64,000 bases of DNA from an uncultured virus (IMG/VR IMGVR_UViG_3300044639_001309) (IMGVR_UViG_3300044639_001309:1-64000), one strand, 5' to 3'; positions 28,874-38,113 are shown, numbered from the stretch's first letter. Notes: generated from the letters alone by a model not told the origin. Translations and numbers: made by a program.

Positions 28874-29167
28874 TCATACCACCTCTAACATGTTAGCAGG
28901 AACTTTCCACAACCCAGTGGTCAATCGACCATTATTAGATTCGCGAATTGTAATGTATTTGATAGCAATCTTTTCCACAGTACCAACAACAGTTACTCCA
29001 CGTTTGGCACTGGTAAACTTTACAGTACTACCAATGGTCACACTTCGTTTCTTTTGTTGGGTAAGTTGGGTTCGGGCAAATCTAATTGCATCACCAATGC
29101 TAACCAGCTCATCATTGGTAAATGATCCGGCAATGATTGCACTATTAATTTCTTGGATGGTAGTCAT
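28874..29167 (-). CDS. hypothetical protein (SH3-like C-terminus)
   Basis: SD AAGGA; ends WKVPANMLEV. Confidence 0.6.
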   Translation of the reverse strand: MTTIQEINSAIIAGSFTNDELVSIGDAIRFARTQLTQQKKRSVTIGSTVKFTSAKRGVTVVGTVEKIAIKYITIRESNNGRLTTGLWKVPANMLEVV

Positions 29168-29177
29168 GGTTGTTTCC

Positions 29178-29384
29178 TTAACATTCAATATCAATATTAC
29201 GACCTTTGTCTAAATCTAAACGAAGGTTTCTACTTACTCGCTCTGCAATGATTTGGTCAAGTCGTCGTTGTTCAATTTTTTTACTGTAATCTTGTTCCCG
29301 TTGCTTTTCCAAACGAGCCTGATCCAACCGATACTGTTCGGTATTGTACTTTATAGCACTTTGTTCCGCTCTTGAGATATTCAT
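29178..29384 (-). CDS. hypothetical protein
   Basis: Ends KGRNIDIEC. Confidence 0.55.
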   Translation of the reverse strand: MNISRAEQSAIKYNTEQYRLDQARLEKQREQDYSKKIEQRRLDQIIAERVSRNLRLDLDKGRNIDIEC

Positions 29385-29396
29385 GCTGACAACACC

Positions 29397-29774
29397 TTAA
29401 GCCACTTTGCGAAAGTATTGGTAGGGCAAACCCAGATCGTAGCACAGGTATTCCCAGTCGCCATTGGCGTTAGAGGCATCCATGATCCAACGAAGTGCTG
29501 TCTCACGGTTGCCAGCACCCATACAGATGGTATTGACCACATGACGCTCAAACTTGTCGATAGCCTCAGCTTCAGCGGCCTTGCGAGCAGTTTCTTCACG
29601 CTCAATGGCTTGACCCAGGACCACAAACTCAGATGTAAAATCGTCAAGAGTCCAAGCGGATGTATCAATACCACGGGGACGAAAGCCGTAGGCATCCTTG
29701 TACATGTCCCAAAATGTGCATTGGGCTTGTTCCAAATCCGACATCTCGTCCCACGATTTAAGTTCTGTAGTCAT
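29397..29774 (-). CDS. conserved early phage protein
   Basis: DMYKDAYGFRPRG motif; SD and promoter at 29805-29833. Confidence 0.7.
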   Translation of the reverse strand: MTTELKSWDEMSDLEQAQCTFWDMYKDAYGFRPRGIDTSAWTLDDFTSEFVVLGQAIEREETARKAAEAEAIDKFERHVVNTICMGAGNRETALRWIMDASNANGDWEYLCYDLGLPYQYFRKVA

Positions 29775-29978
29775 TTGTGGCTCCTTTTTAATTACTATAC
29801 AAGTATTATAGCAAATTGGGATTATTTGGTCAACCGTTTTATCAATAACTGATTCAGGGTTGGTTTGAGTCCCAACTTCTTACGTAAAAGTTCACCCAGG
29901 GTTTTCTTTTTTTGTTTTGGCATCTTTGGTTCCTTTTTTGTTTTCATACTCGTATTATAGCAAATTGGCAATTATTGG

Positions 29979-30212
29979 TCAACTGTATGCTTTTACCAGC
30001 CCAGAAAAACCAATTGCTACACTTACAAGATTTACAAACATCTGTGGTTTATTTACAACACGCACAGTCCATGCTAGAAACAGTATGGTTCCTATAAAAA
30101 ATGTAAGGATATTGTAGGGATAAGCCTCGGGTCCGACGGCGTTTAAACTGTGCCCTGCTACTATAAACACGGCACCTGCCCATTGTAGTATTTCGTTAGT
30201 ATCTAATTTCAT
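29979..30212 (-). CDS. small membrane protein, probably leaderless
   Basis: Three TM segments; ATG 6 nt from the TATAAT at 30219. Confidence 0.65.
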   Translation of the reverse strand: MKLDTNEILQWAGAVFIVAGHSLNAVGPEAYPYNILTFFIGTILFLAWTVRVVNKPQMFVNLVSVAIGFSGLVKAYS

Positions 30213-30381
30213 GTTATTATTATAGCAAAATGGTAATTATTGGTCAACCAAAATTTGTTGTAAAAAAACAACAAAATTTAATGAAAATTTACCCATTTTG
30301 TGTCAACGATCTTGTGAGCACAGGCGTTATTATATTATACAGAGATAATTCTGTATATTTTAACTTTAAAGGAAACTTACC

Positions 30382-30594
30382 ATGAAATTAGTCGCAACAT
30401 TAATCGCTTCAGCATTTGCTGTTACCGCTTTCGCCGCAGAACCTGCCAAGAAAGAAGAAAAGAAAGCTGATGCCAAGCCTGCTGTTACTGCCCCGGCAGC
30501 CAAGCCTGCTGTTACTGCAACACCAGCAACGCCTGCCAAAAGTGAGCCTGCGAAGAAAGACGCACCTAAAGCAGACGCAAAAGCCGCAAAATAA
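30382..30594 (+). CDS. secreted Ala/Lys/Pro-rich small protein (acid-shock-protein-like)
   Basis: Signal peptide AFA-AE plus AKPA repeats; SD AAGGA. Confidence 0.7.
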   Translation: MKLVATLIASAFAVTAFAAEPAKKEEKKADAKPAVTAPAAKPAVTATPATPAKSEPAKKDAPKADAKAAK

Positions 30595-30772
30595 TCTAGA
30601 CGATAGTGACTTTGTCGTCGTTGATGATGAAGTTACATTTGGACGTAATCGGAGGAGTTTGGAGTTTGGACAATTAGTACACGACAATGAACTATCTGAT
30701 TACGTAAAATTTAGATTATGGTTGGCTAGGAATCTAGCCCTTATGAAGTATAAACAACTGCATGAGCAAACA

Positions 30773-30797
30773 TAAAAGCCACCCTAGGGTGGCTTTT
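30773..30797. terminator. bidirectional terminator
   Basis: AAAAGCCACC-CTAG-GGTGGCTTTT. Confidence 0.85.
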
Positions 30798-30818
30798 CAG
30801 TGATATTGAAGTCTATTT

Positions 30819-31049
30819 TTACTTCTTGTTAAATGCCCAATATATCACACCAATTGATACCAAGCCAACTAGTCCTTGACTGCCCAAGGCAGAGACCAGT
30901 TTAACAATGCTACCAACAACGTCGATACCCAAGAAGGGCACGGCGGCTCCAAATAAAATTTGAAGTACAACGCCAACGGCGATTAACTTAATACCAAGGT
31001 CAACAATTTGGCCTAAAAAGGCACTGACCATTCCATACGCTTTGTCCAT
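30819..31049 (-). CDS. small membrane protein
   Basis: Hydrophobic; ...ALGSQGLVGLVSIGVIYW. Confidence 0.7.
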   Translation of the reverse strand: MDKAYGMVSAFLGQIVDLGIKLIAVGVVLQILFGAAVPFLGIDVVGSIVKLVSALGSQGLVGLVSIGVIYWAFNKK

Positions 31050-31206
31050 AATATAGACTCCTTAAAAAAGCAGATTGTATAACCTGCAGAATTATTTAAA
31101 GATATATCCAGTATCAGGGCTAGTTGAGTCCGATTCTTGGGTATTTTAGTCATTAACTTGGTGCTTAATGATTGATTTTTAATTACTCAGTAGAAACCAT
31201 TAGAGA

Positions 31207-31221
31207 TATTGCAACGCAACA
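31207..31221. promoter_or_regulatory. PhaR-like palindrome TATTGC-AAC-GCAACA abutting TAAATA
   Basis: Near-identical to the box at 38196-38210. Confidence 0.45.
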
Positions 31222-31271
31222 TAAATACTCCGTAGAAACCACAAGTCTCTATATCAAAAGGAAAACACACA

Positions 31272-31448
31272 ATGAAAACTTTATCTGACTTTATGTTAGG
31301 AATTATAGAACGCCTGGCCGAAATGTTTCCAGGTAGCAGTTATCAAAGCCGTTTAGATGCTTATCTAAACACCAAAGGCATTACCGATGCCGCACAGTTG
31401 GAAAATTATATCCGACATTTTAATTCTCAAAAGGAAAATTATCTATGA
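31272..31448 (+). CDS. small protein, DUF3563-like
   Basis: Not in the ORF track; ...RLDAYLNTKGITDAAQLENYIRHF. First of four coupled peptides (31445-31546, 31549-31626, 31623-31721). Confidence 0.55.
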   Translation: MKTLSDFMLGIIERLAEMFPGSSYQSRLDAYLNTKGITDAAQLENYIRHFNSQKENYL

Positions 31449-31722
31449 AAATTATTACAACAATTTACGAATGTTTAATTGCTTGGGCAGAAATAATCCA
31501 TGCATATCGTCAAAGCCCTGCAAGCAAATACAACTATTGGAAATAATTATGGAATTGGCAGCAATTCAAATCATATTATTTGGAGTAATAATTCTTGTAT
31601 ACCTGGCAGAGGAGTCTGATAAATGACATTTATAGAAACTCTTGTGATGTTGTTGCGTTGGAAACAACAAGGATGGGAAGTACATCCTGTTATCGGTGAT
31701 GACTTTGCTGGCTGGTTTTAAG

Positions 31723-32175
31723 TTACAACAACCAACCTAGATCTAGACGCTGATGTATCCACGGATAAATTGGCGTTTCAAAATCTATATACCAAATGCC
31801 ATTCCAACCCAGGTAATTGGCATGTACAATCTTATCCTTGTTTCCTAGCCAATCGTCGGGATATGTTGGCTGATACTTTGAGTAAACTTTGAAATCTGAT
31901 TTGATATTTTGAAATCTAATAGAATCAATAATCACTGCCATGTCAGATTTCGGGGGCTGTATTTCCTTGTAATTTTTATTAAAGAACTCAATACTTAATC
32001 TGTGCTGTCCAGGATACACTGACTGTACAATTAAAAAATCCTGTCTACTTGAATCTGTAACTGTCCATAACACATGGTCATCGAGTTTGATAGTATATTC
32101 AGGAACAGTTGTTACCATTCTTGTACTGACTGAAAGATTAATTTTGATATCGTTTTTTTGCATAACCGTACTCAT
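31723..32175 (-). CDS. hypothetical protein
   Basis: YLGWNG.W...FETPIYPWIH terminus. Confidence 0.6.
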   Translation of the reverse strand: MSTVMQKNDIKINLSVSTRMVTTVPEYTIKLDDHVLWTVTDSSRQDFLIVQSVYPGQHRLSIEFFNKNYKEIQPPKSDMAVIIDSIRFQNIKSDFKVYSKYQPTYPDDWLGNKDKIVHANYLGWNGIWYIDFETPIYPWIHQRLDLGWLL

Positions 32176-33445
32176 CTAAAAATTCTGCTAGTTCTGGCAC
32201 AAACTCACGCAAGTCATGTTCTCGTAATTGATCAAATTTAGCACAATAGTCAGTTAGTTCTTGTCTAACAGTTTCTATGTTGACTCCAGTCTGGTCCAAC
32301 AATCCTATAATCATTTGTGCATGATGAGATATTGATTCTACCACTCTTGATTGATTTCTAACGTTAATATTGTGCAGTACATCTTTATCTTTGAGAATAA
32401 ATCTTGCAAGTCTTGATTTAATTACTTCCTTGGCCGAGTTAGGAAGGTAACAGGGTCTAAAAAACTCTGGACGATGTAGGACATTACTGTCAATAATGAT
32501 AGAGTGTTCTAGACAAAAATCCAAAAGTTTATCGTAGTGCATCAGACTTAACAGTTGCGGAACTGTGCGTAATACTGTGCTAAATTTTTCATTTGAGTGG
32601 GCTAGATATTGTCGAATGTTGTCGACAATCTTGCTAGTTTTTCCTGGGTATCGAATATAATCATTACTAATGTCTAGATTCTCAATGCTGATTTCAATCT
32701 GCACAGACTTAAATTTTTCTAATTGTGTCATCAACTCTGGATCGTAGATAGTTCCATTGGTCACAAAAGTAAGATGGAAATCTGTGTGATTGTTGTTGCA
32801 CAAGAATGTTATCAAATCTCTAAATCGTTTATGGTACAACGGTTCTCCGCCCATGACATGCAGACAAACAATATCATTGTTGTTTAACAAGTGATCACAG
32901 AATTTTCCCCAAGTGGGTGTATCAGTCCAGTCGTGTTTGATCGGAATACTAGAATCTCTTAGGCCAATTTTATTTAAATCGGCAGCCAATAGTGTGCTGT
33001 TAAACCCATCACACATCACACAGGCCATGTTGCAAATATTACTAAAGCTAATATGATAAAATCTTGGACTAGATTTATCAGCATTGATAATTTTCCAAAC
33101 AGGACTTTCTTCTGCGCTTTGTTGAAAATCCTGTCCCGGAAATATAGCAGCCTGCAGATTTCTGCGACTACGAAATGTTACTTCACTGTGTTGATCTTCT
33201 TTATAGCAACGATGACATCGGGCAACAGGGTTTCCATTGAGTATATTTTTTCTTGCAGATTGTGCTGAATTTGAATTTGAAAAATACTCATCCACAGTCA
33301 TTGAATTGATATGCTCACTGTTTGGTAAGTCAGCACGATCAGCAAAATGACAAAAGTTCATTGTGCCGTCTGAATTGATCCTGACTTCAGTCCAGGGACT
33401 AATACAAAAAGTTTGTTGGTTGATATTCAATTTATTTTGTTCCAT
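32138..33445 (-). CDS. radical SAM protein with an N-terminal twitch/SPASM-like domain
   Basis: CISPW...CHF...CHRCY, CNMACVMC (CxxxCxxC), GGEPL and TNGT. Confidence 0.9.
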   Translation of the reverse strand: MEQNKLNINQQTFCISPWTEVRINSDGTMNFCHFADRADLPNSEHINSMTVDEYFSNSNSAQSARKNILNGNPVARCHRCYKEDQHSEVTFRSRRNLQAAIFPGQDFQQSAEESPVWKIINADKSSPRFYHISFSNICNMACVMCDGFNSTLLAADLNKIGLRDSSIPIKHDWTDTPTWGKFCDHLLNNNDIVCLHVMGGEPLYHKRFRDLITFLCNNNHTDFHLTFVTNGTIYDPELMTQLEKFKSVQIEISIENLDISNDYIRYPGKTSKIVDNIRQYLAHSNEKFSTVLRTVPQLLSLMHYDKLLDFCLEHSIIIDSNVLHRPEFFRPCYLPNSAKEVIKSRLARFILKDKDVLHNINVRNQSRVVESISHHAQMIIGLLDQTGVNIETVRQELTDYCAKFDQLREHDLREFVPELAEFLDEYGYAKKRYQN

Positions 33446-33473
33446 TGTTGTTACTTATCGTGGTAAATATAGG

Positions 33474-35051
33474 ATGCGAGACTTAATTAATATTCTAGAT
33501 AACCTTGTTTTTGAAGCACGTGGCCTTAGTGCCAGAAATCCCGGCGATGCGTTTGTACGTACCGGATCCACTGATGATCAGGACAAAATTGTTTTTCAAG
33601 GCATGCAATTTTATCCAGATCCAGGAAAATATCCCAGCTACGAAGATATGATTGCGGCGTTTGATCAAGTACAACGATCAATCAAGCACCCAATTGAAAA
33701 AATTAATCAACCAACTGCACGTACACTAGCATTTGCTATTGCACAATTTGATACTGCTGTTGGTCGTAGATATCTAGCCAAGTTTGCTTCGGACATTAAA
33801 CCAGTGCGTACCCAAAATACTTTTTTTCAAACAGTAGACATCCCTGGGGGATTTAACCAAGTCAGCGCAAGAGGCAGTAAAGAAAAAGTTGGATACAAGC
33901 CCAGTGATGTGTTAACTAACTTCAAGAGTCAAACCCCATCTAGTATATTAGAACAAATAAAAACCAAATTTGGTGCAGACAGCACCGAGTATCAAGCGGC
34001 AGCAATTTTTAACAAGTCCACACAGTTTCCAGTTGTGGTTCCTGCTGGTAACATGGACTTTGGGGCTTTTCGTGATTACTTCTGCGAAATGCTACAGCCT
34101 ATTGCTTTAATAAACAACATGCCAGTCAAGGGCAATGCTGGCAAGGCCGCAGAATTGTTCCTTGGGGGCGACTACAGCGATTGTGTTGTGTCATTCAATG
34201 AGGGTGTGGGCGGAGAACTCTATGACAGTTTATTAATAGCGCCAAATGGTAAACAGATTAAACTATCCAGTAAAGGTGCCAAAGGTGCAATGGCATCTAG
34301 TGTTAATTTACTCAAGAGTGTGCGTGAACTTGAAGCGGCAGGGATGACACAGTTTACTGAGCAGTATGCAGATGTAATTGATATCTTGGAAACCATCAAC
34401 AAAGGCAATCACGACTCAGGACCATTAAACCTTGCAACACAACTTGGCATAATCGACAAAACTGAAGCACAACAGGTCATGACTTTAAAACAGTATGCTG
34501 GTGTAAAGGGCTTTGATATTGACAACACTGACTTAACTGATAATCTAAAAGCAATTTACAAAGAACGCAAAGCCGATGATCCATCTAAAATTGTACCATT
34601 GAATCATTTGGTGTCTAGCATTGCCTACAAAGTCTGTAACGAAATTAATTTAAAAACAAATTTTAGTGAAGCAGGTGCAGATATTCTCAATAACTCTGCG
34701 TTTGTTCAAATGTACACTGAAGCTAAAAAAGGCAAGGAAGAATTTATCATCACTGGGTTTACCACAGTATGGCCCAGCAAGTTGTTTACCGAAGTGACGT
34801 TAGAAGCACAAAAGAGTTATTCAAGTACTTCGAGCTCGGGCGGCAAGTTGGTATTTAATATCAACAAAGAACCTAGAGTAGAGCCCAACGTAGAAAAGTC
34901 AGCTACCACTAACACACCCGGAGCAAACAACGCTGGAGAATTGGTAGACTACATTCCACCACGCAGTGATATCAAAGCGGCCGGGGATGTTGGTGCTCCA
35001 AAGAATCCCGATCAAGCATTGGGTCGCAAGCGCCGTCCTGGTGGTCGTTAA
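33474..35051 (+). CDS. large hypothetical late protein, possibly internal virion protein
   Basis: TAAATA 4 nt upstream of the ATG; N-terminus MRDLINILDNLVFEA. Confidence 0.65.
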   Translation: MRDLINILDNLVFEARGLSARNPGDAFVRTGSTDDQDKIVFQGMQFYPDPGKYPSYEDMIAAFDQVQRSIKHPIEKINQPTARTLAFAIAQFDTAVGRRYLAKFASDIKPVRTQNTFFQTVDIPGGFNQVSARGSKEKVGYKPSDVLTNFKSQTPSSILEQIKTKFGADSTEYQAAAIFNKSTQFPVVVPAGNMDFGAFRDYFCEMLQPIALINNMPVKGNAGKAAELFLGGDYSDCVVSFNEGVGGELYDSLLIAPNGKQIKLSSKGAKGAMASSVNLLKSVRELEAAGMTQFTEQYADVIDILETINKGNHDSGPLNLATQLGIIDKTEAQQVMTLKQYAGVKGFDIDNTDLTDNLKAIYKERKADDPSKIVPLNHLVSSIAYKVCNEINLKTNFSEAGADILNNSAFVQMYTEAKKGKEEFIITGFTTVWPSKLFTEVTLEAQKSYSSTSSSGGKLVFNINKEPRVEPNVEKSATTNTPGANNAGELVDYIPPRSDIKAAGDVGAPKNPDQALGRKRRPGGR

Positions 35052-35623
35052 CGAGCAAGTCGGCTAATGGAATTGCAGATTCCAAAGTCCAGTGCTTCCT
35101 CGGCACTGAGCCAGACATCATGTGGTGGCAACAAGCATTGTTTTAGTTTATCTTCATCAAGTCCAGTGGCCTGTTTATAGTGATTAAGCATTCGTTTCTG
35201 GCAGAGTTCAAACTCTTTGACTGTGGCAAACAGTTCGTGTGCTTTGCCATCTGATCCCCAACTAAATTGATGACTCAAAATACTGGTATTTGGGGTTAAC
35301 AATCTTCGGCCTGGAGTTCCTGCTAGAAATATCAACAAACCCGAAGAAGAAATCTGACCTAGCCCAACAGTCTTGATTGGTATGTTGCTACTCTGCATTA
35401 CGTCGATCAATGCAAAGGCAGGCTCCAAATCTCCACCTTCACTGCAAATCATTAGCAGTAGTTCTTTTTTCTTTTTCTTAACAACATAGTTGGCATGAAG
35501 AATCCATTCAATTACCGGCTTAACACTTTCGGTATCTACTGGACCCATAAAGGCATACATACCAGCTTCAAGCAAGCTTTGTCCAGGGCTAATGTAATCT
35601 TCGTCATCTTTAATTTGTGTCAT
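35048..35623 (-). CDS. clpP: ClpP-family protease
   Basis: ICSEGGD, GLGQISSSG (Ser), SHQ (His) and HDVWLSAEEALDFG (Asp). Confidence 0.88.
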   Translation of the reverse strand: MTQIKDDEDYISPGQSLLEAGMYAFMGPVDTESVKPVIEWILHANYVVKKKKKELLLMICSEGGDLEPAFALIDVMQSSNIPIKTVGLGQISSSGLLIFLAGTPGRRLLTPNTSILSHQFSWGSDGKAHELFATVKEFELCQKRMLNHYKQATGLDEDKLKQCLLPPHDVWLSAEEALDFGICNSISRLAR

Positions 35624-35643
35624 GTAATCTCGCTCAAAAGAAA

Positions 35644-35687
35644 AGGGTCAACTAAAAGTGTATTATAGCACACTTTTAGCTAACCCT
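35644..35687 (-). promoter_or_regulatory. long hairpin with a TATAAT in its loop, upstream of clpP
   Basis: Minus strand AGGGTTAGCTAAAAGTGT-GCTATAAT-ACACTTTTAGTTGACCCT followed by TTT. Confidence 0.55.
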
Positions 35688-35703
35688 AGTACTTATGGTG
35701 AAC

Positions 35704-36291
35704 TTACTGGGGCTTTTGAGTTTCTGTACGTTCCATCTCTTTAAAGCTTTCACGACTACGGGTTTCGGCTAATCTGCGCTGGTTACGAGCATCAGTCACT
35801 TTCTGGATTCCGTTTGCCTCCCCAATTGGTAGTGCAATTAAAACATAGGCTCTGAAACGCCCATTTTCTGGAATAACTTTGATGCCTTCTGCGGCAACTT
35901 CCACACCCGAAATATCAACACCTGGGCAATATGTTTTAATTGCCAGTTCGCTGAACTCAGTGCTGGCATTTTCACTGTCTGTTCGGTAAATCTTGCTTTG
36001 CTGATTTACACGGCCGCCTGCACTCATACAAATTTTACCAAATGCAACGGTTTTAGCTTTGCTAACTGCCATGCTGTAATCTGGGCTCACAGCCGTACCA
36101 TTTTGATAAACAGCAGATTTAGAAACTGGTAGGTCAGTCATCCATTTGGGTGCTCGGTCAATGGCCTGTTCGGCCGCTTTTTCTCTGCGCTGTTCATCAT
36201 GGTAAACCCTGCGTTCGTAGGGGTCTTTGGGAGACGAACTACATGCCGCCAAAATAACCACAATGGGTGCCAATAAAATAAGTTTTTTCAT
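35704..36291 (-). CDS. lipoprotein (LPP20-like)
   Basis: Lipobox LAAC; APKW...GTAVS..A..KAK..A pattern. Confidence 0.7.
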   Translation of the reverse strand: MKKLILLAPIVVILAACSSSPKDPYERRVYHDEQRREKAAEQAIDRAPKWMTDLPVSKSAVYQNGTAVSPDYSMAVSKAKTVAFGKICMSAGGRVNQQSKIYRTDSENASTEFSELAIKTYCPGVDISGVEVAAEGIKVIPENGRFRAYVLIALPIGEANGIQKVTDARNQRRLAETRSRESFKEMERTETQKPQ

Positions 36292-36300
36292 AATTTTTCC

Positions 36301-36423
36301 TTAACGAGTTTTAATCCATTCGCCGGCTTTTTTAAGATCTTCGCCGGCACCACCTACTGCTCCGCCCATGGTTCCACAGGCTGTGAGCATCGAGACAAGT
36401 AATATAGCAACTGCTTTTTTCAT
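36301..36423 (-). CDS. entericidin EcnA/B-like lipopeptide
   Basis: Not in the ORF track; MKKAVAILLVSMLTACGTMGGAVGGAGEDLKKAGEWIKTR. Confidence 0.7.
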   Translation of the reverse strand: MKKAVAILLVSMLTACGTMGGAVGGAGEDLKKAGEWIKTR

Positions 36424-36660
36424 TTTGCCATCTCCTGACTTTGAGTTTTAACTGTATCCACCCCTTTGTCTGACATGCGAGCAATACTGCTGTTAGTAGC
36501 AAGTATCTGACCAAAAACTGCAAGCATTAGGACAAGTAATATAGCAACTGCTTTTTTCATTTTGCCATCTCCTGACTTTGAGTTTTAACTGTATCCACCC
36601 CTTTGTCTAGCATACGAGCAATACCGCTGAATCCAACCGTAGCAAGTATTAGACCAAAAA
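36394..36660. repeat. tandem duplication with 137-bp period and a 78-bp identical core
   Basis: 36394-36471 is identical to 36531-36608; the flanks have diverged with a 6-nt indel. Confidence 0.9.
36420..36560 (-). CDS. chimeric peptide created by the duplication
   Basis: MKKAVAILLVLMLAVFGQILATNSSIARMSDKGVDTVKTQSQEMAK. Confidence 0.5.
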   Translation of the reverse strand: MKKAVAILLVLMLAVFGQILATNSSIARMSDKGVDTVKTQSQEMAK

Positions 36661-36685
36661 TGGTACCAATAACAAACATCTTCAT
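36557..36685 (-). CDS. small membrane peptide
   Basis: MKMFVIGTIFGLILATVGFSGIARMLDKGVDTVKTQSQEMAK; SD AGGAGG; promoter at 36718-36746. Confidence 0.65.
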   Translation of the reverse strand: MKMFVIGTIFGLILATVGFSGIARMLDKGVDTVKTQSQEMAK

Positions 36686-36747
36686 TGTAGCCTCCTGGCA
36701 TTAGTTAACATAGCACAATTGTACATAAAACGCAATATCCAGTCAAG

Positions 36748-37305
36748 TCAAAATTTGTCCGTAACTACCCATTTTCCTTCTCGGATTTGGCAGATAACAC
36801 CTTGGTATGTTCGAATATCACGAGCAACAAAATTAGATTCAACAAACCATTTACATTCGGTTCCATTATGATAAAAACGTTTTGGGTATTCTGGATGGGG
36901 CCTAAATTGACCAACATCACCAACTGTACCAACTTGTGTGCTAGACAGAACGGACAATTTTGGTTGGTCCTTGCAGACCAGAACTTTTTCATTGGTGGTT
37001 TGGTTTTTGCCCACACGTTCTCTAACCGAATCATCGGCTCTAGAAACTGCAATGGCACAGGCTTCATTTTCAGGTCTGTCACCGGACCAATTGTACTCAC
37101 CAAATGCAGTATGCCAATTTACCCCCACTCTGGCTCTGAAGTCAACTATGCATTTTTTACCAGAAGCAGTGGCAACTACATCTCTCCTGATCTGACTGCG
37201 TTCTGCAATAACCGCTGACGTTTTGGTCACTGTACGATCTTGTAGCACACATTCTTGAGCACTAACAGCCGCTGGTATCAGTAAAAGTATTAATGTTTTT
37301 TTCAT
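36748..37305 (-). CDS. secreted Cys-containing protein
   Basis: Signal peptide MKKTLILLLIPAAVSA. Confidence 0.65.
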   Translation of the reverse strand: MKKTLILLLIPAAVSAQECVLQDRTVTKTSAVIAERSQIRRDVVATASGKKCIVDFRARVGVNWHTAFGEYNWSGDRPENEACAIAVSRADDSVRERVGKNQTTNEKVLVCKDQPKLSVLSSTQVGTVGDVGQFRPHPEYPKRFYHNGTECKWFVESNFVARDIRTYQGVICQIREGKWVVTDKF

Positions 37306-37643
37306 GAACAATCTCTAGACAAGTGCATTAGATGTTGATTAATCAACCAGTTTGTGCGCCCATTATGAATACTTCGACGCTGGTAGTGTTCTTCATTGTT
37401 TGTCCAACGGCTCCAGGGTTGTGTTAAATTTCCCACACCTGCCAGCATGCGTTCATCTCTTCCAGAACGCATGCTCTGCAAAAATTGCATTTGCTGTTCT
37501 TTAATGCGACAATTGATTTGAAAGCTTTCTAAATCAATGGCATGCATCGGCTGTTGTACAGCACAGCCACTAAACAGGCTGACAAATATAACGGATGCGC
37601 CAAATACGGCCACGGACTTGGCGTTGAAATTCTGCAGAATCAT
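37302..37643 (-). CDS. putative lipoprotein
   Basis: Lipobox FSGC; start codon uncertain. Confidence 0.55.
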   Translation of the reverse strand: MILQNFNAKSVAVFGASVIFVSLFSGCAVQQPMHAIDLESFQINCRIKEQQMQFLQSMRSGRDERMLAGVGNLTQPWSRWTNNEEHYQRRSIHNGRTNWLINQHLMHLSRDCS

Positions 37644-37785
37644 TTTGGGTACTCTGAGTTTCTAACCATCTGATTATAGCATGTCGATTGGCACAATCAT
37701 CAGGAATGAGTGTGACGTCAACAGGCGGCCGGGTAGATGTACACCCTGTAATTAATAAAATGGATAAAAGAAAAATCCTGTTCAT
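37570..37785 (-). CDS. putative lipoprotein, probably leaderless
   Basis: MNRIFLLSILLITGC lipobox; ATG 6 nt from the TATAAT at 37792. Confidence 0.65.
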   Translation of the reverse strand: MNRIFLLSILLITGCTSTRPPVDVTLIPDDCANRHAIIRWLETQSTQNDSAEFQRQVRGRIWRIRYICQPV

Positions 37786-37837
37786 GTAGCTATTATACAC
37801 AAACAGGATTTATTGGTCAACTAGACCGGTAGCCAAA

Positions 37838-38113
37838 TTACTTCTTGGCTGTGTTATTTTGGTAAGCCTTCATGATACCTTCACCAAACTTGGTGTAGTC
37901 AAATTTCATTGCTTCCTGGCCAGCTTTTACCATTTCTTGTGATACTGTAGTAAAAGTATCCATTCCAACCTTGGCAGCTTTTTTGGTGTAGTCTGCTTGG
38001 GCGTCAATAAACTTGACCATTGAGTCTTTAACAGTTTCGTTTTGAACGAATGTATTAACAAAAGTTTTTTTACCGGTTTGAACGGTGTCGATTAGTGCGT
38101 CTGCTGTGAACAT
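37838..38113 (-). CDS. small amphipathic helical protein, phasin-like
   Basis: All-helical amphipathic pattern (FIDAQADYTKKAAKVGMDTFTTVSQEMVKAGQ); strong SD. The phasin call is tentative. Confidence 0.5.
   Translation of the reverse strand: MFTADALIDTVQTGKKTFVNTFVQNETVKDSMVKFIDAQADYTKKAAKVGMDTFTTVSQEMVKAGQEAMKFDYTKFGEGIMKAYQNNTAKK

Noticed and set aside
14770..30247. Repeated ~30-bp ttatagcaaa...ggtcaac units as a CRISPR array or att sites
   Set aside because: They are irregularly spaced by hundreds to thousands of bp, degenerate, and read as -35/-10 promoters on the minus strand. No cas or integrase gene is visible.
36394..36660. Near-duplicate segments as a diversity-generating retroelement TR/VR pair
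   Set aside because: Differences are not adenine-specific, include an indel, the copies are directly tandem, and no reverse transcriptase is in the window.
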